In this document: positions 23,599-35,588 of the stretch, one piece after another
How the letters are laid out: each line of letters starts with the position of its first letter
How positions within the stretch are numbered: the stretch's first letter is position 1
Assembly: GCF_036365525.1 (NCBI RefSeq)
Contig: NC_090396.1
Location: 69,171,194-69,235,193 of the forward strand
Origin: Heterodontus francisci
Lineage: Eukaryota
Reading direction: 5' to 3'
DNA: 64,000 bases
Translations under genes and position numbers: made by a program
The notes under the pieces: model-generated
Database searches by the model: none
Told to the model about the DNA's origin: nothing
What the model saw: the letters and a program-made list of their open reading frames with translations, nothing else

Positions 23599-24047
23599 AA
23601 TATTGTTCATTTTTTTTAGCTCATTGTAAAATTGAGGCTATGGTAATATCTTTCCTTGTAGAGCTGAAGAAAAGTGCTTTGCAGGGCAACAACTGACAAT
23701 TAACAGCAAAATTAAAAGATTATCAAAAATTGTGCCATAATTTATGGTCTAAATAGCAGATTTTCTTTTTTTTTAAATGTCCATTTAAATTGTCCATTTT
23801 CAGCATGAAAAATTACTGTTGGTTCATTTTTTTCTCTGAATAAATTCTATAAATAAAATGTGAAGCTGAAAATTGAATATCAAAGTATGTTTGTAACATC
23901 TAGAGTATAATTTTTCATGAGTACGTTTTGCATTGAAAATGATGGTATGTGTTATTAAATTCCATGGCTCACATTCCATATTCTCTTTAATTTAATGTAG
24001 GAAGCAGATAATGTAACACCCTTTGTTCACTTGTTTTTAATCAAAAG

Positions 24048-24134
24048 GTTGAGATGAAGACAAAGATGCTGGAAGCAAAATTCCATGAGGAGAAGCTCAA
24101 ACTGCAGCAAAAGCATGACACTGATGTTCAAAAG
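24048..24134 (+). CDS. CEP112: Internal coding exon of centrosomal protein 112 (87 nt, phase 0/0)
   Basis: Pyrimidine-rich tract then AG at 24046-47 and GTAAAT donor at 24135. Translates to VEMKTKMLEAKFHEEKLKLQQKHDTDVQK, matching recalled vertebrate CEP112 (LDMKTKMMEAKFHEEKLKLQQKHDADVQK). Confidence 0.92.
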
Positions 24135-24509
24135 GTAAATTTTATAATTTCTCTTGCTGTGGGGTATTGCTTCTATAAGAACACACAATATTTTGGCATC
24201 TCACTATGATATAGAAGGAAAAGAAAATCAGGGGTTCAGTCAGCCTGGGGTGAAACTTTTTCTCACTTTCAGTAAGGCAGCATAGGTGGAGGCCTGGGTT
24301 CTTGGTTTGGGAGATTGCATAAAAGAAAAAATAAATGATAAAAAATGTGATTATTAGAAACAATTTTATGAAGGTGTTAGCTGAAGATAAATATAAATTA
24401 GTTGGAGTATAATCCAGAAACACTGTTGTGTGATCCTCTAAGGTTACTGCAGCCTTTTCCGGACTCCTTTTTCTGTGCCCGTATCTCAAGGAGCTCCTTC
24501 AGTTTGGCT

Positions 24510-25764
24510 ACCTAAAACTGTACTCCAGGGAAAATGTTGTCACTCAGACCGCCCTCAATGCAGCCCAGTCTCTGCCATTCATGGATGAGCTGGACGAACA
24601 GCCAACAAAATCAGAACTCAGTGATGCCATTGATTCTCTAGCCAGTGGAAAAGCCCCTGGAAAGGACGGCATTACCCCTGAAATAATCAAGAGTGCCAAG
24701 CCTGCTATACTGTCAGCACTCTTTGCCTGCTTTGCCTGTGCTGGGATGAGGGAGCAATACCACAGGACATGTGCGATGCCAATATCATCACCCTCTATAA
24801 GAACAAGGGTGACTGCGGTGACTGCAACAACTACCGTGGAATCTCCCTGCTCAGCATAGTGGGGAAATTCTTCACTGGAGTCTTTTTAAACAGACTCCAG
24901 AAGCTGGCTGAGCGTGTCTACCCTGAGATACAGTGCGGCTTTCAAACAGAGAGATCCACCATTGACATGCTGTTCTCCCTTCGCCAGCGACAGGAGAAAT
25001 GCCGCGAACAGCAGATGCCCCTCTCCGTTGCTTTCATAGATCTCACCAAAGCCTTTGACTTCATCAGCAAACGTGGTCTCTTCAGACTACTAGCAAAGAT
25101 CGGATGTCCACCAAAGCTACTAAGTATCATCACCTCATTCTATGACAATATGAAAGGCATGATTCAGCATAGCGGTGCCTCATCAGACCCCTTTCCTATC
25201 CTGAGTGGCGTGAAACAGGGCTGTGTTCTCGCACCCATACTGTTTGGGATCTTCTCCCTGCTGCTCTCACATGCGTTCAAGTCTTCAGAAGAAGGAACTT
25301 TCCTCCACACAAGATCAGATGGCAGGTTGTTCAACCTTGCCCTTAAGAGCGAATACCAACGTACAGAAGGTCCTCATCAGGGAACTCCTCTTTGCTGACG
25401 ATGCTGCATTAACATCCCACACTGAAGAGTGTCTGCAGAGTCCTGTGACATTGAGCACAAGTCGTGGGTGTCAGTTGCCAGTGATCGCCAGAGCTGGCGG
25501 ACAGCCATAAAGGCGGGGCTAAAGAGTGGTGAGTCGAATAGACTTAGCAGTTGGCAGGAAAAAAGACAGAAGAGCAAGGAGAGAGCCAACTGTGTAACAG
25601 CCTCGACAACCAATTTTATCTGTTGCGCCTGTGGAAGAGTCTGTCACTCTAGAATTGGCCTTTATAGCCACTCCAGGTGCTGCTTCACAAACCACTGTCC
25701 ACCTCTAAGCGCTTACTCATTGTCTCTCGAGACAAGGAGGCCAAAGAAGAAGAAGGAAAAAAAA
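24510..25764 (+). mobile_element. 5'-truncated RTE-clade LINE with internal deletion
   Basis: KAPGKDGI, NYRGISLL, AFIDLTKAFD, GVKQGCVLAP, LFADD, C-terminal CxxC…IGLYSH, (GAA)n tail, 27-bp TSD (24483-24509 / 25765-25791). Confidence 0.9.
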
Positions 25765-25848
25765 ATCTCGAGGAGCTCCTTCAGTTTGGCTTTCCTGTGG
25801 GTGGGGTCATTAATAGTAACCTCTCCTGTTAGGGACTTGGGTTCACAT

Positions 25849-26001
25849 CATTGTTACGTCTAAGCTGCCCGCGTGCGTGGCGTGCAGCAACCTGGAAGGT
25901 ACTGGTCAGGCCGCTCGTGACCATGCAAAGGAATTTAAGGGTACTGCGCATTAAAATGCACATGCTGCGCACAACAAAATAAAGATTTAGTGAGAACATT
26001 G
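25849..26001. mobile_element. Possible degenerate hAT-type MITE
   Basis: Imperfect TIRs cattgttacgtctaa / ttagtgagaacattg; weak 8-bp TSD gttcacat / gtgtgcat. Confidence 0.4.
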
Positions 26002-26237
26002 GTGTGCATCACTTGGCTTTCCTCAGCAAGGCAAAAAACTTGGAGTTAGAATATTTAGCGCCTAGTTCCCTTCGAGGCGTTTCTGAGAGGGGCTGATGTC
26101 AGGTTGTTGACATCTTGTTGCTCAGTAGCATTACCACTTGCATTTCAAAGACTGCAGCTGCCTTTCCCACCCCATATTGTTGATGCATGTCCAAAGGACA
26201 CCATTTCCTGCCCATTATCACCTGTGTTAAGTATAAT

Positions 26238-27822
26238 TTTTTTTTTATTTCCAAAATATACTTTATTCATAAAAATCTGTAAAAATTACATTTCCAAACA
26301 GTTTCAAAACAGCACCAAAAAATACAAACATTGCAAGGGAGATCAGTTTCCTTCAATACTATCATGAGTTTCTTCACAACCCTTCCGTTTCACAATTGTC
26401 ATGCCAATTACAGTTTTACATTTACAGCAAATGAAAATTTTCCCGATACAGTTCGAGGGGTTTCCCATGGATCCAGCCCCTCAGTTCAGCTTGGTGGGGG
26501 GACCTTACACTGTGGTCTTTCCCCATTGAGCCTTTGCTGCGGCTGCCCCAAGCTTTAGTGCGTCCCTCAGCACGTAGTCCTGGACCTTGGAATGTGCCAG
26601 TCTGCAACATTCGGTGGTGGACAACTCTTTGCGCTGGAAGACCAGCAAGCTTCGGGCAGACCAAAGGGCGTCTTTCACCGAATTGATAGTCCTCCAGCAG
26701 CAGTTGATGTTTGTCTCGGTGTGCGTCCCTGGGAACAGCCCGTAGAGCACAGACTCCTGTGTTACAGAGCTGCTTGGGATGAACCTCGACAAAAACCACT
26801 GCATCTCTTTCCACACCTGCTTTGCAAAGACACGTTCCAGGAGGAGGTGGGCGACCGTCTCTTCCCCACCACCGCCAACGCGGGATGACGTCGCCGTCTT
26901 CTGCTCGGATCCGCTGTCCGTGCGCAGACTGATGAGCATCTGCGACCAGTTCGAACTGGCCTCGGGAGCCAAAGTTAACCACGGCAAGAGCGAGGCCACG
27001 TTATTTGGGAACTGGGCTGACCGATCCTTTGTCCCCTTCACCGTCAGGTCAGATTACCTGAAGGTGCTGGGGATATAGTTCGGAAGGGCCGGGGCGTGCA
27101 CCAAAACATGGGAGGAGCGAGTAGCCAAGGTACGACAAAAGTTGGGCATGTGGGGGCAGCGATCTCTCTCCATTGTGGGTAAGAACCTGGTCATCAGGTG
27201 TGAGGCGCTCACGTTGTTGCTCTACGTGGCGCAGGTCTGGCCCATACCCCACTCCTGCGCTGTGGCAGTCACCCGAGCAATTTTCCGCTTCATCTGGGGA
27301 TCTAAAATGGACTGGGTCCGGAGGGACACGATGTTCAAATCTCTGGACAAGGGCGGGAAAAATGTACCCAACGTGGCCCTCATCCTGATGACCACCTTCG
27401 TGTGCGGCTGCATCAGGCTGTGTGTAGATCTCCAGTACGCAAACTCCACGTGTCACTATGTGCTGAGGTTCTATCTGTCCCCGGTGTTGCGAAGGATGGG
27501 CCTGGCCACATTGCCGCGGAACGCTCCATGTAGTTGGGCCGTGCCATACCACCTATCCTTCGTGGAGCAGTTTCTGTGGGAAAACACCTTTGACCACCGG
27601 TCCATCAGGCAGTGGTCTGCACGGAATGTCCTCAAGGCCCTACGGGAAAAGGAGACGGTGGATCCTGTCGGATGGTTCCCCGAGCAGACCGTCAAAGTCA
27701 TTTGGCGGAATGCCTCATCGGCAGAACTTTCAAACAAGCACCAAGATGTAGCTTGGCTGGTGGTGAGAAGGGCCCTTCCCGTCAGATTCTTCATGCACAC
27801 CCGAAGTCTCGCCCCCTCCGCA
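26238..27822 (-). mobile_element. Tx1-like LINE with 5' inversion (3' part on - strand 26238-26882; inverted 5' part on + strand 26883-27822)
   Basis: Highly similar to 20185-21908. Poly(T) at the left end and 16-bp TSD ctgtgttaagtataat (26222-26237 / 27823-27838). Confidence 0.92.
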
Positions 27823-28948
27823 CTGTGTTAAGTATAATGGCTGCAAATTCTCTCAAAATTTGTCAACAACTGCTGCAGGACTGCCGATAGCTCCTGAAGC
27901 CTTTACACAGTCAAGGACTTCACTTCTTTGTGATCCTGCCCAAATGTTTTATCCTGAAAAGTTACAATAGAAAATCTCTTCCTTCAGCTTGAATAGTGTT
28001 CTCTTAAACCTATGTCAGGTGGGGTACTGTAACATATCAGAGTATAATTTTGAACATAGAACTTCAGTGTTTTCTTTCTGCTGGAAGAATTACAATTCAG
28101 TGTTACTTTTTTTTAAAAGTTATGTCAAGTAAAAACCTGCTCAAGTTTGAAATAAGCGACTTGTTGTCAAGAGCTGCGTGACTGGATGTAGCAGTTTTGG
28201 TTGTTGAACCCTCCCTGCATATACTGATGTTGTAATTCTATCAAGCACATATATATGCGATTAAATGTAATTGAGATAGACAGTTGCTACCTCACAGGGC
28301 TGCTGTTAGGTATATGAATGGCTGGGTAAACTTCAACAGTGGCTTTTTAGATCAGGTTTCGACCAGTGACAGCTAAGATTAGTCCATTGTTGCAGCCTTC
28401 ACTCCAGCTAACCTGGAGGATGGAATGAACTGGGATTGGTTGGTTTTAGGCAATTGTAATCTGAAATTAATGAAAGGCAAGTGATATTGTTCAGGGTGGG
28501 TCAAATACTTTAAATTTAAGCATTGCTACCAGCTGTTACAAATTTGTTTTTAAATGCTGGTTTAAATGTTTCTCTACTCTGAAGAAGTCTTTAAAGTTGT
28601 TGGACACTGGACACTCTGATGGAGACTTGCACTTAGAGTCTCAATGGGCGATATGTGATGGGGCCCATCAGAGGGCAACTCGGATTATACCAAGTAGAAA
28701 TTGTCTTGGTGACTGGTCTTGGTGCTTCACGGTGCTATGTTCAGGAGTTGAGACTGGGGCTGATAGGAAATCAGCAGTCAATTTATGATTTTAATTTAGA
28801 TTGATATCAAAAAAATCTTATTAAAGTACACAACTAAGATTGCCACTTTGTTTGCCCCTGACACATCTAAACTCATCACCCTCTAATTATTCTGAAATTT
28901 GGTGCAGCACCCAATACCACTAAGTTCCTCCCATAGATGTTCCATGCC

Positions 28949-29125
28949 GCTGAGTTCCTTGTCTCACTTGTAGGTGTTGCAAACTATCCTGCTGAGTCCC
29001 TGGGTCTCAGTTGTAGGCTTTGCAGGCTATTTCGCTGAGTTTGATCTCGGCTCTTGGTAATGTTTTCCTGACCTCAGTTATAGGTGTATATAAATCATGA
29101 CTTGAGTTTCTGACCCTGGCTGCTT
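28949..29125. repeat. Degenerate ~42-bp tandem repeat
   Basis: Units beginning gctgagt…tctca(c/g)ttgtagg recur 3-4 times. Confidence 0.5.
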
Positions 29126-29479
29126 TGCTGGTTATGGGAAATGCAGAGGTGGGGTGGGGGGTGGTGGAGGGGGCGCGTAGGCAGTCTCTTCCTACATATA
29201 GGGGAATTTATGTGTGAGGCACCTTTGAATCTCTGTAAAGATTGGTTTCAGAACGGCATAGATGGCAATCAAGCTGCTTGCTCACCCTCCTAGCTGGTGA
29301 TGGTGCTTAGAATAAGGAGACTCGTGTTAGGGAAAGCTTATAAAGGGCAGAAAAAGATACTTGTTTGCTGCAGTCACCATTCACATGTTTTAACAACTGA
29401 TCTTTTTCCTGTTTGATTTGAAACTGAAATTGATTAATTTCTTAATTATATTTCTTAAAAATTGTATCAAATAGCTGTG

Positions 29480-29875
29480 AGGTACTTTTGTTAGATCAGA
29501 TGAGATTACAGAGTGACTTGACAGAGGTTTTTACAATTATGTAGAAATGAGACAGAGTAGATAGAAACAGACTGCTTCTTGTGGTTGAGGGGTCCAGAAT
29601 GAAGGGAAAAGTTTTAAAAGTTTATAAGTTTAAGTGTAAGAGATTGAAAATAAAGAGTTGTAAGGCTGTGGGATGCACTAACAGAGTTAGTGATTGAAGT
29701 AGAAACCATGTCAACTTTTGAGAATAGGTTAGAGAGTTTGTTGAAGGAAAGGAGAGTGCAGGGATGTGGGAACAAGGTGGGCAGGTGGTATTGGAACTAC
29801 TGCTCATTTAGAGGATAAACACCAACACAGATTGATGCCGAATGACCTGTTTCCATGTGATGATTTCCATATAAT
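29480..29875 (+). mobile_element. Old CR1 3' fragment
   Basis: agagtgacttgacagaggtttttacaattatg… and a CR1-like 3' UTR. Confidence 0.6.
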
Positions 29876-32687
29876 TCTATATGTATGTAAGCATGAAAAT
29901 AGTGCCGAATTTATAGACAGAAAAAACAATCAACATTTTCAATGTGATGTCTATGATTGTGAGTGGAATCCAAAATTAGTGACTGTCAGAAAATCTGAGA
30001 CATTCCATAGCAACCATCCAAAATACAAGCGTTTTAAATTCATTTTCCAATTGCTCCAGTTTGTGCAATGCAAAGCAGATAGCTGGAGCTTTACAACTAA
30101 CAGTAAATGTCAAGCTTTTTTTTTAGGATAATATCCACAGCCCTTATTTTTAGAACCTTGTTCGACACATGACTGTTTATGTGGGTTATTGGATTCTTTT
30201 GTATTTTGCTCTGTAACCTTGAAGCCTATTCAGACTGAAGAGTGATCCTCCACTTTTTGATGTGGTTAGTCATGTTTTCTGAAATTCTTAAAAGAAAAGA
30301 AAAGTCATGTTCATGGAGAGATCAAACTTCAAGCTTGCAAGATACAGCTGTTATTAGTCACAAAACATCATTAGTCACAAATAATATCTGTTGGTATTGA
30401 AGGAAATTTGCCATATTTTTATAATTATACTGTGCTCTGGATATAGTACAATAGGCTGGAAATTGTATAACAACTGTATAACAAGCTCAACTGTCTCTTG
30501 TTTTTATTAACTTCCATTTTTCTCCAGATTTGTTCTCTCTTCCCCAATGCATCCATAGTGATATTTATGTATGTATATGTGTGTGTAATTTGCTCCTCTC
30601 TTCTCATCCTGTTCCTTTGGCATCGCTTTTTCCTAGTTACTTTAACCGCTTCAGCATATTCAATTTTCTCAGACTGTTATGTGTGGTATTCTCCTAAGTA
30701 CCTTACATCTTGCACCAATAACATCAATTTCTTTGTCCTTGTTCATTTTTTGACTGGTTGTCTTGTTTGGTGGTGCACTTTTTGCAGCTTCTTCCATTAT
30801 TATTGTAATGACTTTGTTATATCTTGTGTTAGGGTCCACCTCTTTGACTTCTAGATCATCAAATCTGTTTTTGAGTCTGAGTTGGAATTCCTCCCTCTGT
30901 TCTCTAAGCTTGAAGAGATTTACTTCTTTTTCGTGTTGATAAATTTCAGTCCAGCTAGTTTTTTTTATTGATGCTCAGCGTTGCTCTTATCATCCTGTGA
31001 TTGCTGACAATATCCACTTTGATGCTGACTTCACTGTTTTCCACTTTTCCCCTTTGACTGCTCAGTATAAAATCAATTTGATTCTTGAAAGTTCCATTTG
31101 GACTTTCCCATGTCCAATATCAGATTTTGTTTTTCTTGAAATATGTGTTCGTGATGACAAGTCCATGCTGAGCTGTAAATATAATCAATGTTTCTCTTTT
31201 ATTTCTTTCTACAACTCCAAATTTTCCTATAACTGATTCTTCTCCTCGTTTGGGTTTTCCTATCTTTGCGATGTTATCTCCCATGACAATTGTATACTTT
31301 GATTTTATATCAGTATATAAGAAACAGGAAGAGGACCAAAAGAAACAGGGCAAAAAAGAATTCAACAATTCAGTTTAAAAAAAAAAGCAGATGTCAACCT
31401 TACATCAAATAGAGGAAAAGGACTTAAGATACGTTTGGACTTCTACCAGGACTTACACAGCTCCAAAGCAGAAGGATCTGAAGATAATGAAACAACAATG
31501 TCATCTGACGCAAACGAAATACCAAGTGTTACCGAGGCGGAAGTTGAAAATGAATTAAAACAGATGAAAAGAAACAGGGCCCCAGGGTAGGATGACCTAA
31601 AAAATGATGTAGTCAAGGAGGGAGGTAATGAGACAATCACACAGTTCACTATGTTAAATAACCAAATATTCAAGGAGACAGAACAGACATTAAGAATTAC
31701 TGACTCATCAGTCTATTATCTCATTTGTACAAAAATTCTAAATAGAATTATTCAAAATAGGTTAAAGACAACATTGGACGAACAGCAACCAAGAGAACAG
31801 ATACAATACAGCTTTAGAGAAAGATACTCTACAACAGATCATCTACATACAATGAACCAGCACTTTGAGAAGGCAAACAAATTATCAGTTGAACCTTTGT
31901 GATGGATTTATTGACTGAGAAGGCAGTCAATTAAGTGGAACGCAGATTTATTTAAAGCTTTATGGAAAACAGGGGGATATGTGGAGATAATAGACATTTA
32001 CATAGATGCAACGGCCAGAATACACATCGACAAAGACGTAACACAGATGATAAATATTGAAAGAGGAGTGAACCAAGGGAATACAATCTCTCAGAAAATA
32101 TTCACCCAGCAATGGAAGACATATTCAAGAAGATACCCTTAGAGGAGAGAGGATTAAATATTGATGGAGAAAAACTAACAGACGCTTTGCAGATGATGTC
32201 GCACTAATGAGTTCATCTGTTAAAAGGCTTGGAAGTAGAAATAAATAACTTAAAGAGAGTAAAAATATTGTACTGAAAATGCACAAAGAAAAAACAAAAG
32301 TATATAATGAACTTTAAGACTGTAGATACCATACAAATAGAAGACCAAGAAATTGAAAAAGTGATTGAAAGCAAATATCTGGGCTAAAGATTAAAGATAG
32401 AGGATTGTACAAATGAAGTGATACTGAGTGGGATTAGGGCAGGATGGAGTTGTTTCAGGAGATAAATTTTGTGTGATAAAATATCACTGCCATTAAAGAG
32501 GAGGGTATATGATCAGTGTGTGCTACCAACCATGACATATGGCGTGGAATCATGGACAACTACAAAATATATAGAACAAAAACTGTGTACAGCTAAGAGA
32601 GCAATGAAAAAGAAAGTATTATATGCCTCAATTCTTGATAAAATCGGAGTTAAGGGCATCATTCAGAAGATTAAAAAAGCCAAATGG

Positions 32688-33750
32688 TGTTACGAGAGTG
32701 CTTCTATTTTTTGTAGAATATGTTTTTAAGAATTTATAGTTGAATTATAGACATTGATTTATCTAGAAACTTGAAGAGATGCTGAAGTTTTTTTTTAAGG
32801 GAGGTTACCAGAAGGTTTTTGGACTGAACTTGAAAACAAACAATTACTGGAAGGCACCAGTCTGCAGATAATTACCCACCAGTGGCTGTTTTTGACTTGG
32901 GGAAAGATGTTTGCAGAGAAGTGACAGGTCATGATTTATAGCGGTCAGGAGGCTTGTCTCTTGTGACATTGTTTATGGTTTCATTTTGGATAGTGAGTTG
33001 GTATATGGAAAATGGTTTTAAAATGACAGTTGGAGTGTAAACTGCTTGGAAGACAGTTGGTTTTTGCCTGCCAAAGAAACCCAGCTCATCTCTCTTGAAA
33101 AGAAACCCCGCGTATCCAGTATGTCAATCTCCTTTTTCCAATGTATTTGAAGAAACCCTGCGTATTAAATGTGTGGGAACTGAAACCCTTGTTGCCGCAT
33201 TTCTGCTTTAACGCCTGTCTGAAGCCTGTGTAGCTGCATTTCTTGGAAACCCTACCCAAACTGATCTTCAACATCGCCTGGAAAGAACTATTCTAGGAAG
33301 ATTCCAGTGACAGCCATCCATATGCAATTGGGACGCCAAACCAAAACAAAGGATATCTTTTCATGTCTTTTATTCTTAAAGAATGAGCAAGTATTCAGCC
33401 TAAGTGTTTTTAATTTTTTATTGTAATAGAGCTCTAAAACCAAAATCCCTTTGACTTTTCCGGTTAACCCACGTATGTGTGTGTGAGGGGCTACGGTAAA
33501 AAGGGAACTGTTATACTTCAATTTGTGTGATTATGCTTTGCTTCTTTGCTGGTTAAGACTTGTTTTATAATCTGATAATTTTGTTGTTTATTGAAGAAAA
33601 CTGGTTGGTGTGTTTTATTCTGGGAAAAATAGAGTATATGATTGACCATATCGGTAAGTGGGAAAATTTATATTATGTTATGATCTGTTGTGACCTGTGG
33701 AGAAGTGGAACTAGAATAAACAGTGCATTCCTCCCACCTCGGTTGTAACA
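32688..33750 (+). mobile_element. Solo LTR (Gypsy-type)
   Basis: TGTTAC…GTAACA termini and 4-bp TSD ATGG (32684-87 / 33751-54). Confidence 0.85.
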
Positions 33751-34395
33751 ATGGAGATGGGCTGGGTATGTTGGTTGAAGAAATTATAACAAGTGCCAAA
33801 AAGGCTAATGGATTGGCAGCAGAAAAAGAAAGGCAGTGAGGGGACGCAGTGAGAAGAGATATTTGCCCGAGTGAGACATTGCCAGAGTGAAGCTGGAATT
33901 TGGTGCACGTGGTAAATTCTGGTAAGTTTTTGTCATGCTTAAACTTTCGATTAAGAGTCAGGCTTTAAAATCTCCTGTTTAGGTAAATAACCTTGTTAAA
34001 CAAGAAGCAGCCAGCAGTGGCAGTTATCTGTCAATCAGTTGAAAGTAGTTAGGTTCAATAAGTGTTAATTATTGCAGAAGCTGAGCTAATGAGTCATCAG
34101 AATCTCTATATAAAGCAGACTAGTTCTTAGCTGAACACAGTGAGAAGAGACATTTACCTGAGTGAGACATTGCCAGAGTGAAGCTGGAATTTGGTGCACG
34201 TGGGAATTAAGTGCAGAGGGGGAAAGAGGAGCTCCTTTTCCCAGTGTTTTTAGCCTCCAGCAGCTGGTGAGTCTTCTTCCTTTGGCTCCAAGGTAGGTGG
34301 TTGGCTGGTGAGTGTTTTATCATTTATTTTTCAAAACTCAGGTAATTTTAGAAATTATATGGTTTTTAATTGGTAATACTAGTTAAGCTAGTTAA

Positions 34396-35588
34396 GAGTG
34401 GCGTGAAACAGGGCTGTGTTCTCGCACCTACACTGTTTGGGATTTTCTTCTACCTGCTGCTCTCACATGCGTTCAAGTCTTCAGAAGAAGGAATTTTCCT
34501 CCATGTAAGATCAGGTGGCAGGTTGTTCAACCTTGCCCATCTAAGAGCGAAGACCAAAGTACGGAAAGTCCTCATCAGGGAACTTCTCTTTGCTGACGAT
34601 GCTGCATTAACATCTCACACTGAAGAGTGTCTGCAGAATCTCATTGACAGGTTTGCGGCTGCCTGAAACGAATTTGGCCTAACCATCAGCCTCAAGAAAA
34701 CGAACATCATGGGACAGGACGTCAGTAATGCTCCATCCATCAATATCGGCGACCATGCTCTGGAAGTGGTTCAAGAGTTCACCTACCTAGGCTCAACTAT
34801 CACCAGTGACCTGTCTCTCGATGCAGAAATCAACAAGCGCATGGGAAAGGCTTCCACTGCTATGTCCAGACTGGCCAAGAGAGTGTGGGAAAATGGCGCA
34901 CTGACACGGAACACAAAAGTCCGCGTGTATCAAGACTGTGACCTCAGTACCTTGCTCTATGGCAGCGAGGCCTGGACAACGTATGTCAGCCAAGAGCGAC
35001 GTCTCAATTCATTCCATCTTCGCTGCCTGCGGAGAATCCTTGGCATCAGGTGGCAGGACCGTATCTCCAACACAGAAGTCCTCGAGGCGGCCAACATCCC
35101 CAGCTTATACACTCTACTGAGTCAGCGGCGCTTGAGATGGCTTGGCCATGTGAGCCGCATGGAAGATGGCAGGATCCCCAAAGACACATTGTACAGCGAG
35201 CTCGCCACTGGTCTCAGACCCACCGGCCGTCCATGTCTTTGCTTTAAAGACATCTGCAAACGCGACATGAAGTCCTGTGACATTGATCACAAGTCGTGGG
35301 AGTCAGTTGCCAGCGATCGCCAGAACTGGCGGGCAGCCATAAAGGCGGGGCTAAAGTGTGGCGAGTCGAAGAGACTTAGCAGTTGGCAGGAAAAAAGACA
35401 GAAGCGCAAGGGAGGAGCCAACTGTGTAACAGCCCTGACAACCAATTTTATCTGCAGCACCTGTGGAAGAGTCTGTCACTCTAGTATTGGCCTTTATAGC
35501 CACTCCAGGCGCTGCTCCACAAACCACTGACCACCTGCAGGCGCTTACCCATTGTCTCCCGAGACAAGGAGGCCAAAGAAGAAGAAGA
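34396..35588 (+). mobile_element. 5'-truncated RTE-clade LINE inserted in CR1 5' UTR
   Basis: GVKQGCVLAP, LFADD, FTYLGS, LRWLGHV, C-terminal CSTCGR…IGLYSH, (GAA)n tail, short agttaag TSD. Confidence 0.9.

Noticed and set aside
1-24047. Additional upstream CEP112 exons
   Set aside because: I looked for the expected preceding peptides (IENPRYLR…, …HDDHFLSRIREKE) near AG/GT sites such as ~8938, ~11226 and ~23662 and found no convincing match. They are probably outside the window or too diverged to see by eye.
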